Positions 10,201 to 20,586 of a DNA stretch of 64,000 nt are shown here, in pieces (the stretch's first letter is position 1; every line of letters starts with the position of its first letter). A program made the position numbers and the translations under genes. The notes under the pieces are model-generated. The model had not been told where the DNA came from. It was given only the letters and a program-made list of their open reading frames with translations, and searched no databases. The stretch comes from a virus: positions 96,001 to 160,000 of the IMG/VR virus record IMGVR_UViG_3300047311_000323; one strand, written 5' to 3'.

Positions 10201-11088
10201 TTATCTCTTCTTAGATGGTTTTCTGCCACGCTTACGTGGGAGGTCGTCAGTTTCGGCAGTCTCTATAACTTGAGTTGCTGACTGTATTTCTTTTTGAGTT
10301 GGCTGGAATGCTACGGGAACTGAGAATCCGCCGGCTGGAGATGCGACGAATACTGCATTCAAGCTTGCTCCGCCAAATGGCGCACCACCCACTAGTTGGC
10401 TACTATTTACGGCAGCACCTTCCACAAGGGAAGAGCTGTTACTGAAGGTCTGGCTTGTAGAGCCGGTATAGTTGATCTGTTGTGGAGTTGTGTCAAAATC
10501 AACACTTCGTGATACCAGACCTTCAGTAACATTCCCGTACATACGCACGTCTGTTGCATCAGGAGATGCTAAGAAAACTTTAAGAGCTTGCTCATCGATA
10601 GCCAGAGAAGCAGATGAAGTGGCCGCTGTAGGAGGCGCGGCTTCAGCGGGCACAACATCACCAGCTTGCTTACCTTCCTTGAGCAAAGTCTTAACGGCTT
10701 TTAGGTGCTCAACGGATTCCTTATCTGGTAAGAATTGCTGGAAGTGTTTTTGCACTTCATCTGCTTCTGGCTTTCGACGAGAGTATCTTGGACTATCGGG
10801 GGAGGATAGTAATCGTAATTGGCAATTAGAGATAACGAAAGCGGCAAAGTCTTCTACAGTAGAGTCGTTTTTACTAAACTCAACTGTCTTCTTTAAGAAA
10901 AGAGACATTGCATCGCCTGTATGGGAATTGGCTGCCATGGACTGCTCCGGAGAATCATCCTCCACAAGGATGGTTCCTGAGTCTAGCTGGACCGCACCTG
11001 GGATCATACCTGCATGAAAATGTCTATTTGCAGTGAGGTATGACAGGTCGTGTCTATCTGCCCATTCCTTGAGTTTGATTTTGGTCAT
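10201..11088 (-). CDS. protein with N-terminal IS607-TnpA/MerR-like HTH, low-complexity middle and C-terminal AT-hook-like RKRGRKP
   Basis: IKLKEWADRHDLSYLTANRHFHAGMIPGAVQLDSGTILVE resembles the IS607 TnpA N-terminus; no serine recombinase motif; ATG at 11088 chosen (track start is 11148). Confidence 0.6.
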   Translation of the reverse strand: MTKIKLKEWADRHDLSYLTANRHFHAGMIPGAVQLDSGTILVEDDSPEQSMAANSHTGDAMSLFLKKTVEFSKNDSTVEDFAAFVISNCQLRLLSSPDSPRYSRRKPEADEVQKHFQQFLPDKESVEHLKAVKTLLKEGKQAGDVVPAEAAPPTAATSSASLAIDEQALKVFLASPDATDVRMYGNVTEGLVSRSVDFDTTPQQINYTGSTSQTFSNSSSLVEGAAVNSSQLVGGAPFGGASLNAVFVASPAGGFSVPVAFQPTQKEIQSATQVIETAETDDLPRKRGRKPSKKR

Positions 11089-11175
11089 GACTTCATTCCT
11101 TATTATGCATATACAATCGATATCATCTGTATCATTTTTCGACGACACCGTCGATTTTGTTATTATTCCATATCG

Positions 11176-11184
11176 TATATATCA
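11176..11184 (-). promoter_or_regulatory. TGATATATA recurrent motif
   Basis: Exact motif copy overlapping the dnaE stop, upstream of the next gene. Confidence 0.45.
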
Positions 11185-14100
11185 ATCATCCTCGGATTCG
11201 TCATCCAAATCAATCAACCCTTCGTCATACAAAGTATCCTCGATTTGATCGAGTATCTCTTGAGGACTCTTAGGTTTTTCGTCTTCTTCCTTAATTCCAA
11301 ACATTTTGGCCTTAGCCTCTTTGAGATTGATTTTCTTGGCTTTCAAGTCATCAGGCAAAGAGGGAGGTAAGGCAATATGGTATAATTGATCCAATATGAC
11401 GCCCATGTCATCTTCATAAGAATTGGTGTTCCCCGAGAAGAACAAGGCTATACCTGTATCGAATTTGGCCTTCTTGTTAATTTCTTGTATTCTCTCCTGC
11501 ACCGTCTTCCATCGATCCGGGAAGATGGTCAAAGTACACTGATCGCCGTTCTTATCCTCGAATACGGCCTTTACCATGGGCTGGCCATAATACTTGCCTT
11601 CCTTCTTTACGCGGAACTCGAAGAAGTCTCGGATGATGCCTTTGACAGACGACACGTTGGTTTTGTCTTTGGAACGCTTGATATCCTGGACCGTTACATG
11701 ATCCCCATCGAAGAACTTGCCATAAGCCAACGACGGTTTACAAGTAAACGACTCTCCCAGATAGTATTGCTCCAAAGCATACACCTCCGGCATAGTCCAT
11801 TCATTCTCAGCAGGCCATGGGTAAACAAACTGTTCCTGAGTCGGATCATGCTTCTTCAACCAGACCTGTAGCTTCTTACGATAATCGGATACATACAGAT
11901 AAATCAGCTTGCGAGGAATCTTGAAAGAATCCAACGCTCCGCATGCGGCAAGAGCCTGAATGCTATTAGCTCGCACTGCTTTAGAACTAATTCTAGTCAT
12001 AAAGTCAAAGAAGTTTGCAAATGGCCTCTTCGAAATAATATCGTTGATAGCATCCACCCCTACAAACTTAATTGCATCCAAACCAGTAATCAATCTGTTG
12101 CCATCTTCAATAGTGTACACCAATTGAGACTTATTGATATCTGGCGGAACAATCTTAACTCTACGCTTACGAATTTCCTTCTTGATCTTCTCAATGTTTC
12201 CCTTAGAGTCTGGGGCATTAGATTTAACTTCAGCCATTAAGTTAGCCATCAAGAACTCAACCGGATAATGAGCTTTCAGATATGCCGTCTTGTAACTTGT
12301 CATAGAATACAAGATTGAGTGGGACATATTGAAACCGTAACCCTGGAACTTGTCAACAACTTCGTCCCAGATACGCTTAGCAATAGCTTCATTGACGTTG
12401 TTCTCAACAGCGCCTTTAATGAAATCGTTTCTCCACTCCTGAGCCTTCTTAGGATTCTTACCTTTTTCCTTGGTTAGTTTCCTAAGACGGTCTGCTTCGT
12501 GCAAACTCCATCCAGCTACATCCTGAGCTAGATACATAAGACTTTCTTCATACAAACCGAACCCGAAGGTGTTATTGAATGCTCGACCCAATGTCGGATG
12601 CAATAATGAGAATGGCTTCTTGCCATCCTTGGTTTTGATGAAATCGTCACGCATATCACGAGCTGACGGACGAGCTAGAGAGTTGATGTAGCTGATGTCG
12701 TTGACAGACTGGGGCTTGATACGACGGCACAGATCAATCGTGCCGCCAGATGTTCCAAGCTGGAATACACAGAAGGTATCACCACTAGAAATGGTATCGT
12801 ACGTTTCCTTGTCGTACTCATCATAACTGATGACCTCTGGCAAATACTTGCCCGAAGCCTTGATGAGCTGAACGGCTTGACCAATAATATCCAGAGTCGA
12901 GAGACCCAAAGTATCCATCTTGACCAGACCATTTTCTTCGGCCTTGTCCTTATCATACTCAATTGCTAGTGCGCCATCTTTATCCTTTCTCAAAGGAACA
13001 AGTCCAGTGAGGGGACGAGCGGAGATGATAATACCACCAGCGTGAGTCGACCAAGCGCGGTACTTTCCACAGATCGCCTTGTACTGTTCGAACTGCGGAT
13101 ATTTCTTGGCGTACTCTGCAAAGAGTGGAACTTTGGCAAGCGCATCGTCAATGGAATGGATTTCTGCTGGGATGCAGTTGGCCACTTCATTACCGATTCT
13201 TACGGCGTCTTCTTTGGAACCACCAAGCTCGCAAACGCGGGCAATGTCTTTCACATACACCTTGGGTGTAATAGTGTTGACGTTGCTGACGTGAGCTACA
13301 TGGTCCGCACCATATTTCTGTCGGAGATAATTCTGAACTTTCTCACGACCTGACGGAGCAAAGTCCGTATCAATATCAGGGAAGCTCGACTTTTCCTTGT
13401 TGTGGAAACGAGCAAAGATTAGATTATACTTGATTGGGTCTGCCTGGTGAATTCCCAGCAGATAAGCAATCAGCGAGCCGCCCACTGACCCACGACCCTC
13501 ACCAACAGCAATTTCATGCCTTCTAGCCCACTCTATAAAATCGGCCACGATGAGCATGTAGCTGGAGAAGCCATGGAACTCCAGAACGTCTAGTTCTTCG
13601 TCTATGCGCTCCATATATTGCTTGTGCTGCTCTGGCGTCAGATTCTTGACACGAGAATCAAAACGAATGACGCAACGATAGCGTAAAAACAGTTTGTCCT
13701 CATCCAGCTTCTGAACGTCTTCCGGCTGCGTAGCAACCCAAGTACGAAACTCAGCATAGTCTAACTCATCCTTGACGGGGAACTGTGGCAATTCCTTACC
13801 CGTTGGATTAGAGTACTTAGGATCAATCCACTCTGGCTTCTCGCACAGATTGGAGAAATAGATGCTGTTGTCAACAAACGTCTGTGCATCTTCCTTGTAA
13901 ATTCTGGTAAAAAACTCTTTGACTTCATCACCAGTCTTGAGATAAAACTCAGGCACAGGATAACGAAGACGGAATCCAGAATGAATTGGCTGATGCGAAC
14001 CGATGGCCAAGAAAGCATCGTGAGTGCCCGACTCTTCTTTGGTCAGGTAGTGAGCGTTACAGGCAGCGACTACACGAACGTTGTGCTTCTTACCTAGCTT

Positions 14101-14697
14101 CACTAGTTGCCTGTTCAAAAAGTCTTGATCGATTTCATCGTTGAAGATGTTTGAACCGCGCTTCATATTGTTGGGCTGAATCTCAATGCCCAAGTTATCA
14201 CCGAACAAATCTTTGAGGCGTAGAAGCGTTTGTTCAGCTTCATCAAACTTGCCCTTCATGATGGGCTGGCTGATGATACCATTACCACAAGCAGTGAGAC
14301 AAATGAGACCTTCGGTATGCTCGGCCAGTAGCTTCCAGTCGAGAACGGAATAAACTCGCTTGCCAACGAAAGAACTCTGGTCAAATCCCTTTTTGTTCAA
14401 CGTCAACAGATTGCGATAGCCAGTAGCATTCTTGGCTATCAAAACAATGTGACGGAATTTCTCATTGACATTGGAGGCGTCATCTTGAAAATAACACTCG
14501 CACCCAATGATGAGTTTGACTCCAGTTTCTTTGGATGCTTTCCATGCATCCCAAGCACCAGCTAATGTGCCGTGGTCTGTGACTGCAACGGCTGTCTGCC
14601 CAAGTTCTTTGGCCCTTTTGAAAAGACCTTTAGGCGTGATAAGCGAATCGAGAATAGAAAACTCAGTCTGATTATGCAATGAAACAAAGTCGGTCAT
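11182..14697 (-). CDS. dnaE: DNA polymerase III alpha subunit (family C)
   Basis: PHP domain SLHNQTEFSILD/TDHG, GRGSVGGSL, PDIDTDF, STHAGG, KMDTLGL, FQL, GYGFNMSH and OB domain; GGAGG SD before ATG 14697; no intein. Confidence 0.97.
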   Translation of the reverse strand: MTDFVSLHNQTEFSILDSLITPKGLFKRAKELGQTAVAVTDHGTLAGAWDAWKASKETGVKLIIGCECYFQDDASNVNEKFRHIVLIAKNATGYRNLLTLNKKGFDQSSFVGKRVYSVLDWKLLAEHTEGLICLTACGNGIISQPIMKGKFDEAEQTLLRLKDLFGDNLGIEIQPNNMKRGSNIFNDEIDQDFLNRQLVKLGKKHNVRVVAACNAHYLTKEESGTHDAFLAIGSHQPIHSGFRLRYPVPEFYLKTGDEVKEFFTRIYKEDAQTFVDNSIYFSNLCEKPEWIDPKYSNPTGKELPQFPVKDELDYAEFRTWVATQPEDVQKLDEDKLFLRYRCVIRFDSRVKNLTPEQHKQYMERIDEELDVLEFHGFSSYMLIVADFIEWARRHEIAVGEGRGSVGGSLIAYLLGIHQADPIKYNLIFARFHNKEKSSFPDIDTDFAPSGREKVQNYLRQKYGADHVAHVSNVNTITPKVYVKDIARVCELGGSKEDAVRIGNEVANCIPAEIHSIDDALAKVPLFAEYAKKYPQFEQYKAICGKYRAWSTHAGGIIISARPLTGLVPLRKDKDGALAIEYDKDKAEENGLVKMDTLGLSTLDIIGQAVQLIKASGKYLPEVISYDEYDKETYDTISSGDTFCVFQLGTSGGTIDLCRRIKPQSVNDISYINSLARPSARDMRDDFIKTKDGKKPFSLLHPTLGRAFNNTFGFGLYEESLMYLAQDVAGWSLHEADRLRKLTKEKGKNPKKAQEWRNDFIKGAVENNVNEAIAKRIWDEVVDKFQGYGFNMSHSILYSMTSYKTAYLKAHYPVEFLMANLMAEVKSNAPDSKGNIEKIKKEIRKRRVKIVPPDINKSQLVYTIEDGNRLITGLDAIKFVGVDAINDIISKRPFANFFDFMTRISSKAVRANSIQALAACGALDSFKIPRKLIYLYVSDYRKKLQVWLKKHDPTQEQFVYPWPAENEWTMPEVYALEQYYLGESFTCKPSLAYGKFFDGDHVTVQDIKRSKDKTNVSSVKGIIRDFFEFRVKKEGKYYGQPMVKAVFEDKNGDQCTLTIFPDRWKTVQERIQEINKKAKFDTGIALFFSGNTNSYEDDMGVILDQLYHIALPPSLPDDLKAKKINLKEAKAKMFGIKEEDEKPKSPQEILDQIEDTLYDEGLIDLDDESEDD

Positions 14698-14816
14698 ACG
14701 ACCTCCTGATGGGTTGTGTATTGTAACACGTGCGTACATCTTACCCACTCTAGGGATTTTTCAGTCTAAGGGTAGACTGCGTGTACTGTGCCAGGGAATA
14801 CGGTGTGAAACTTACG

Positions 14817-15488
14817 TTACCTTGACAAGATAATCTTTAAATCTTTTTCGTCAAGGCTTTGGCTATTGTCGTAAAAATAGTTGATCTTCTTGAATTGATC
14901 TTTCCAAAACTTTTTATTATGAGTCTTTTTGGTAAGTAATTCTTGTAAATCATTGAATGATAATCTGCGATGACGGAACAGGGCGTGTGAAACCACCATG
15001 ACCGCATCCCAATGAGCATGAAGCTCTTGTTGAACTTCTCTCATTAGCTTTTGTTTATAAAGCGTTCTTTTAGGCCCTGGAGGTGCCAGGTTGTACTTTT
15101 TAATCACCTCTCGGGCTGATTTGTTGTCATCACTGGAGCCATCACTAATAAACGTTGGAGTTTGTCTAGATCCCGAAATACTTCTAAACAAAGAGGTTTC
15201 CGCAATCAAACCAGCGTAACTAATGCCAACTTCGGCTCTAACTAAGGTATTTAATAGGTCAGAATCTTGAATCTCATCAAAATCACTGGGATAATCGTAA
15301 TATGTAATTCCGTGAATTCTTTTTAATTTCTTATTTTCAAATACTGCAACTGAACTAACCTTCATTAGATGCAATAGCGCGTAAACTGTATGTCCAGCTT
15401 CATGATATGAAGTAGATATAAATTCGTGGGTTTTGGTAACTTTCTTTCTGATTTCAGCGATAGAACCTGTCCCATTTGCCATTATCAC
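14817..15488 (-). CDS. stand-alone M41 (FtsH-like) zinc metallopeptidase domain protein
   Basis: SYHEAGH zinc motif, SYAGLIAE and downstream SSDD. Confidence 0.65.
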   Translation of the reverse strand: MIMANGTGSIAEIRKKVTKTHEFISTSYHEAGHTVYALLHLMKVSSVAVFENKKLKRIHGITYYDYPSDFDEIQDSDLLNTLVRAEVGISYAGLIAETSLFRSISGSRQTPTFISDGSSDDNKSAREVIKKYNLAPPGPKRTLYKQKLMREVQQELHAHWDAVMVVSHALFRHRRLSFNDLQELLTKKTHNKKFWKDQFKKINYFYDNSQSLDEKDLKIILSR

Positions 15489-15763
15489 CCCATTCTGACA
15501 AGTAACGCCTCAAAATCATTGAGGGATTGGGTACAGTCTGCTTTTTTGCACTTTGCATTGAGCTTGTCCCCACCAAACGGACCTGTTACTATTAAGTCCG
15601 AATTATCGGCATACACCATGCCGGCTTTGGTAAAGTGGGGAGCCTCTGTAAACCCGTTACTTTTCAGAATGTCAAGCAAGGCTTGGTCCACAGGTCTGTC
15701 TAATTTGAAGACGATCTGTGTCTTGTTGCAACATGCTTGTATGAGGAACCTTTCAACCTTCAT
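15485..15763 (-). CDS. hypothetical protein
   Basis: ORF overlapping both neighbours. Confidence 0.65.
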   Translation of the reverse strand: MKVERFLIQACCNKTQIVFKLDRPVDQALLDILKSNGFTEAPHFTKAGMVYADNSDLIVTGPFGGDKLNAKCKKADCTQSLNDFEALLVRMG

Positions 15764-16083
15764 TAGGTTCCTTTGTTATCTAGATCCACGCCTTTGCTCT
15801 CTAAGCACAGTAGAGCATACTGAATCTTAGCTTGCTGATGCTTCTTAGCATCACGATGTGGAGCAGATAGTTCTTTGGACGTTTCTCTTGCAGCAGCAAG
15901 AGCCAAGTCGGCCTCTTCCTCTTTACTGAGAGTGTAAAGGTTACCCTCACACTCAACAATAATCTTCTTTAGCTCATCAACACCAGCCGCATCGGCCGTG
16001 TCTTTGAACTCTGGCATCTTCTTAATGAGATCGTCCCACTTCTTAGGTAAACTAGTCAATGGGGTATTGATAACTTTTGCCAT
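15763..16083 (-). CDS. hypothetical protein
   Basis: ORF in operon-like run. Confidence 0.65.
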   Translation of the reverse strand: MAKVINTPLTSLPKKWDDLIKKMPEFKDTADAAGVDELKKIIVECEGNLYTLSKEEEADLALAAARETSKELSAPHRDAKKHQQAKIQYALLCLESKGVDLDNKGT

Positions 16084-16098
16084 TTATACTTTCTCCTC

Positions 16099-17346
16099 TT
16101 AATCAATCAATTTTACTGTCTTAACTACATAGTCCATAGTATTCTCGTCTCTAATACGAGAGAATAGAATCTGTAGGTAACCTGTCTTATTCATTTGCTG
16201 AATAACTTCATCTAGACTTTGGGTAACCTTAGTTTGAGCTAGGTTCTGTTTGATAATCTCAAATACTTCTTGATCAGTCAACTGAGCATCGGGCTCAGCT
16301 TCTCTAATCTTATCCAAGACCAAAGATAGCTTCACATTCTGTGCAGCCATTTCAATCATTCTTTCTTTATCAGAGTCTGGCAATACATTCCAGTCTAGCT
16401 GGGACTGTTGCGTCAAATACTGAGCTTCTGATAGAGACATCCAATTTGGAACCTGGACTTCTGTTTCAGCAACTAGCTTCTTAGCGACAGCTTCATGAAT
16501 AGCCATCTTGTTCATGGATGCAGAGCGAGCAAATGCGGCTTGAGCCACAGTCTCCTGCAATTCGGCAAAGTTGGTTTTACCAATCTTCTTAGCCATCTCA
16601 TCATCCAATGCACATGGCACAGTCTTAGAACCCATCATCAAAGTAACTTTGAAGTGGATGCTCTTGCCTGACAAAGATGGTAAACCGCCTTCAGGGGACA
16701 CGAAATCAAATTCTCGCGTCTCGCCCATAGTCATGCCCAAAAGGTTGTTGTCAAAAGCTACTAGTGGACTGCTACCAATGGTAACCATTTCACCTTCAGC
16801 AATTAGACTATCAACCTTCTCACCATCTACAGTGCCGACGTAATCAATGATAACATTGTCTCCGGCCTGCACGAAATCCGTCTCGCCATATGGAGAGGTG
16901 TCGCCAAGTCGTACACGCAAGTCCTGCATCATCTTTTCGCCTAGCGAAGTGGCATCGGCTTGTTCATGAGGCTTTGGAATCTCAATGTCTTTCCAAGCTG
17001 GTAGTTCGAAATTTGGTTTCGTCAAAATCTCAAACTCACAAGTAAACTTGCCGCCATCAAGCAACAAGTTATTGAAACGAGGTGCTCCGTGTGGTCTAAG
17101 CTTCTTTTCGAAGAGAGTATTGTGGAAAGCATCTTCAGCTAGCGCGCGCTTGAGAGCGTCATCAATCTGCTGACGATAATGGATTCGGATATGTTCGGGA
17201 CCGGCCTTGCCTTCTCGAAATCCTGGCACTGGTGCCTTTTTGAAATGGGTTTCTACTTCCGCTCTCTTGTCAGAGATTTCTAGGAAGTTAGCCTCATAGT
17301 GAACGGCCAATCTGCATTGTTCAATTTCAGTTACATCAATTTTCAT
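16099..17346 (-). CDS. tig: trigger factor
   Basis: Ribosome-binding signature PGFREGK, FKBP domain (GDNVIIDYVG..DG; GM..GETREF) and SurA-like C-domain. Confidence 0.9.
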   Translation of the reverse strand: MKIDVTEIEQCRLAVHYEANFLEISDKRAEVETHFKKAPVPGFREGKAGPEHIRIHYRQQIDDALKRALAEDAFHNTLFEKKLRPHGAPRFNNLLLDGGKFTCEFEILTKPNFELPAWKDIEIPKPHEQADATSLGEKMMQDLRVRLGDTSPYGETDFVQAGDNVIIDYVGTVDGEKVDSLIAEGEMVTIGSSPLVAFDNNLLGMTMGETREFDFVSPEGGLPSLSGKSIHFKVTLMMGSKTVPCALDDEMAKKIGKTNFAELQETVAQAAFARSASMNKMAIHEAVAKKLVAETEVQVPNWMSLSEAQYLTQQSQLDWNVLPDSDKERMIEMAAQNVKLSLVLDKIREAEPDAQLTDQEVFEIIKQNLAQTKVTQSLDEVIQQMNKTGYLQILFSRIRDENTMDYVVKTVKLID

Positions 17347-17355
17347 CGGTTCCTC

Positions 17356-18141
17356 TTACCAGTTAACTTCACCGTAAACTTGTTGATCAAAAGCTTTACT
17401 CTTGCCGGCTGGGCACTGTTGTAGATAATCGCAATAGTTACAGAGATTGGTTGGGGTTGGCGGAAACTCTTTTTCCGCTCTCATTTGTGCAGCATACTCT
17501 TCGAACTTATCTTTCACCGATAGTATCTCGGCCAAAGAGAACTCCGTTGTAATATACTCAAAATCATGCCTCAACAACACATAAGAGCCCCTTACTTTCG
17601 TAATAGTGGGATCATCGTGAAGTAGCACGTAAGCATATGTCAAGAGTTGGAACCAATCATTCTTCAGATATTTTTTATGTTTGGTCGTTTTGTAGTCGGC
17701 CACGTGGATGACATTATCAGCATCCAACTGAATCCTGTCAATTGCTCCGTTTAAAACAATATTTTCAGTGATCGGAAAGTCGAATCTTTTTTCTGCCGCA
17801 ATTACGTTGGCTGGCATGCCGCTTTGTTTTTCTTTTGAAGCAAGCGCCAAATATCCGTTGAGAATTTCCCAGCATTCCTTTTTCATCTCTGGAGTCATTC
17901 TGTCTTTGAATTCCGCCCAAGCATGTTTGAATGCATCACCCATTGTAACATTGTATGGCAGCAAGCAACCATCAATATACTGCTTATGAAAATACTCTAA
18001 AGCTGAGTGGCAGAATTTACCAAAAGTGTGAAACTCCCATTCTTTGCGTGGCAATTTCTCAACATAACAAAACTTAAACTTAGCTTTGCAATCCAAAAAG
18101 GTTTTGGTCTTGCTAACCGATAGGCGCAATTCATCTGTCAT
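17356..18141 (-). CDS. PD-(D/E)XK nuclease (RecB/AddB-like)
   Basis: LSVSK..TFLDC..KF, GKFCH, GAIDRI, DYKT, QLLTY and C-terminal CxxC..C. Confidence 0.85.
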   Translation of the reverse strand: MTDELRLSVSKTKTFLDCKAKFKFCYVEKLPRKEWEFHTFGKFCHSALEYFHKQYIDGCLLPYNVTMGDAFKHAWAEFKDRMTPEMKKECWEILNGYLALASKEKQSGMPANVIAAEKRFDFPITENIVLNGAIDRIQLDADNVIHVADYKTTKHKKYLKNDWFQLLTYAYVLLHDDPTITKVRGSYVLLRHDFEYITTEFSLAEILSVKDKFEEYAAQMRAEKEFPPTPTNLCNYCDYLQQCPAGKSKAFDQQVYGEVNW

Positions 18142-18171
18142 TCGTAATTCTTCCGTTTAATGTGTAATACT

Positions 18172-18180
18172 TATATATCA
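18172..18180 (-). promoter_or_regulatory. TGATATATA recurrent motif
   Basis: Exact copy 30 nt upstream of ATG 18141. Confidence 0.45.
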
Positions 18181-18185
18181 AGTAT

Positions 18186-19109
18186 TCAGGGCAATTGTTT
18201 CCTGTCAAAATTAGGATCATCATAGTCTAGGATCTTAGATCCAAAAGCCCTAACTACTTTAGGCGCGCTCATTGAACTTTGATTGTACCCATACTTGGTA
18301 ACAAAATCTGTATTGTGGAACTGGAATTTTGGTTCCTTTGAGTTTGTAATATCTGCCTTCCAAGAGCCCATAGGACTTATAGGGTCTTTACCGGCGTGAT
18401 GGACTTTATGCATCAACATATACTGGCCTTGCCCTTTAAGTAGGATAAAATCCTGAGCCAGAACATTGTATATGTTTTGAGGGGCGGGAGGTGGGGTCGG
18501 AGTAGTTGGCGTCGAAACAGGACTATTGGGGCTAGGTGTCTTAACGGGCACTTTTGCGTTAACTGCCGTAAATGGTGCTTGAAACTTCTTCAAAGAAGAT
18601 TTGATCTCTTCAAGAAGTTTAACATACTGATCAGCGATCTGATGAATGGCCTTATCCTGTGAAGTACTTAGCTGATCATACGCCCCATTAAGCGTAGTTA
18701 GATCTTGCCCTTTGGACTGAAGAATTCTCACCAACTCTTCATACTTCTTAGTTGTCTCCTCGTAAGAAAGAATGAACTCCTTCTTCGTATCAAAAGACCT
18801 TTCATCGCCTTTGAAATATTCATACAAAATGTATTGCTCTAACGGTTCAATAAAACACTTATCAGGACCATTGATAATAACATCATCCGTTATTCTAGCC
18901 TCATAAGTGCTGCCCCCATCTTGAGCAGATCCCATCAAACTGTGCTTGGGGTTTGCATTTAGCACCTTGAGAAAATCGCCTTTTGTATTTCTCTTGCTGG
19001 CATCTTCGGCAATACCGGGCTTATATGCATAAGTCCTAAAGTCATCATTGCTGTTAACCTTTTTGGCTTTGCACTTTCTTGAGTACAAATCAATCATTTT
19101 ATCTTTCAT
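18186..19109 (-). CDS. hypothetical protein with Pro/Thr-rich linker
   Basis: 307-aa ORF. Confidence 0.65.
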   Translation of the reverse strand: MKDKMIDLYSRKCKAKKVNSNDDFRTYAYKPGIAEDASKRNTKGDFLKVLNANPKHSLMGSAQDGGSTYEARITDDVIINGPDKCFIEPLEQYILYEYFKGDERSFDTKKEFILSYEETTKKYEELVRILQSKGQDLTTLNGAYDQLSTSQDKAIHQIADQYVKLLEEIKSSLKKFQAPFTAVNAKVPVKTPSPNSPVSTPTTPTPPPAPQNIYNVLAQDFILLKGQGQYMLMHKVHHAGKDPISPMGSWKADITNSKEPKFQFHNTDFVTKYGYNQSSMSAPKVVRAFGSKILDYDDPNFDRKQLP

Positions 19110-19133
19110 TTTAGCTTTATCCTTGCAATGTCA

Positions 19134-19166
19134 AATATAAATAACCGGCGGGGAGCCGCTTGTCAA
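19134..19166 (-). promoter_or_regulatory. possible sigma70-like promoter
   Basis: TTGACA at 19161-19166 with a TA-rich hexamer about 17-21 nt downstream. Confidence 0.35.
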
Positions 19167-19207
19167 CGCCCAAATACTTTTTGGATTTACGGCACTATTG
19201 AGGAAAA

Positions 19208-20242
19208 TTAGAATAGAACGCGCCTGGTAAATGGCAGCCACTCGAAAACTACGCCAGCTCCGCTCTTGGTTCCCATAGCTGTTGCTGCCATGTTTCCGTC
19301 AAACGTTCCGTTGGGTTGGTAAGGTGCTGTGGAGATAATCCATTTGTTAGACCAGGAGTCTCTGTAATAATGTGTAATTGTATTGGTACGTGGGTTGTAG
19401 TGCGCTCTTACAAAAGAACCGCTTATTGGGGCTGAGGCATCTAGTCCAGTATTGAAATAGAAAGTGCCGTCCCTGGCTCTCTCAGGATTCTCTAGTGTGA
19501 AAAACTGTCTGTTAATCTGTGGAGGATCGTTTGGGTCCTCTTTGCTAAAGTCTTGGAAGATAACCATAGCCCTAGGGTCAAACAAATTGGTAAATTGCTG
19601 AGTCTCCTCTGGGCCCTGTCCTGAAGTCTGTCCCCTATCTATCTGAACGTCACTTGGGTACGGCAAAGTGGTTTTGCCTGGCATGTTACCAATATTGCCA
19701 CCTTGATTACCGCTAGCGTCTCTATCTGTGTAAGTGATTTGATAGTTGGTAGAATTGTATGGTTTGTTGGTGAATCCAGTAGGATTTCCCTTCCCATCAT
19801 ATCCGTTTGGAATAGCTGGCTTTGAAGGATCATAAACTGCGCCATCATATGGTCCCGCATTGGCCGGGTTAGTGTATCCCTGTTGCGGCTGGAATGGAGG
19901 AGTTCCAAATGGATAGGCGTCTGGAATAACGCTACCGGCTTCAGCGGTAGTTCCAGAGTGTGGCAAACGGGCATTGCCGTCTACAATGTTAGTCATATAC
20001 TGATCAACAACAATCGGAGATGAATCTACACCGTTAGTGGCTAGCGCTTTTAGTGTAACCAATAGCTGGTCAAATGGCAAAAAGATTGGACCTGTGTACA
20101 TGCTAGAGAACAAAGTTGGGTCAGTGCCATCTAGGGTATAGAAAATGGTAGCTGGAATATTGGTGGTAATAGAGACCGTCTTAGGTATTCCTGAGACTAC
20201 CTGTTCTGACGATTGTGTAATTGTAACGCTAATGACTGCCAT
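19208..20242 (-). CDS. Fn3-associated/chitobiase C-terminal-like domain protein (possible virion protein)
   Basis: TIFYTLDGTDPT motif; Gly/Pro/Asn-rich. Confidence 0.55.
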   Translation of the reverse strand: MAVISVTITQSSEQVVSGIPKTVSITTNIPATIFYTLDGTDPTLFSSMYTGPIFLPFDQLLVTLKALATNGVDSSPIVVDQYMTNIVDGNARLPHSGTTAEAGSVIPDAYPFGTPPFQPQQGYTNPANAGPYDGAVYDPSKPAIPNGYDGKGNPTGFTNKPYNSTNYQITYTDRDASGNQGGNIGNMPGKTTLPYPSDVQIDRGQTSGQGPEETQQFTNLFDPRAMVIFQDFSKEDPNDPPQINRQFFTLENPERARDGTFYFNTGLDASAPISGSFVRAHYNPRTNTITHYYRDSWSNKWIISTAPYQPNGTFDGNMAATAMGTKSGAGVVFEWLPFTRRVLF

Positions 20243-20243
20243 A

Positions 20244-20558
20244 TTATACCAAATTGAGGAATTTTGCGTTTCTTTCGGTCATCTGTTTCTTCAACATGAC
20301 ACGGTAGACTTTATGACCGGCTCGGCGAAAGACTCGGGCTAAATCTAAATAAACTTCCTCACCTTCTCTCCTATACAGAATTATGAACTGGTCATAATAA
20401 TCTAAAAACTCCAACTCAGGTGATTGACCTTTGAAGGAGCCTTTTTCAATATAGATTAGTTTATTTAAAGCGTAAAGAAGCAAGAAGCGATAGAATTTCT
20501 GTTCTCCTGTCGCCAGGTACTTGGGTACAAAGTTCCTTTTAAGGGCCTCAACGCTCAT
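20244..20558 (-). CDS. hypothetical protein
   Basis: ORF in operon-like run. Confidence 0.65.
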   Translation of the reverse strand: MSVEALKRNFVPKYLATGEQKFYRFLLLYALNKLIYIEKGSFKGQSPELEFLDYYDQFIILYRREGEEVYLDLARVFRRAGHKVYRVMLKKQMTERNAKFLNLV

Positions 20559-20586
20559 TATAAGGATATGTCACATTATACTTAGT

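Noticed and set aside
10201-11148. Intact IS607 element
   Set aside because: Only the HTH is present; there is no serine recombinase catalytic motif, no TnpB and no element ends.
5734-14748. Inteins or introns in recA and dnaE
   Set aside because: Both have normal lengths and contiguous motifs; no Cys-start/His-Asn-end splice motifs or LAGLIDADG blocks were seen.
17356-18141. Cas4 / CRISPR-associated nuclease
   Set aside because: It is a generic PD-(D/E)XK RecB-like nuclease with no cas genes or array nearby.
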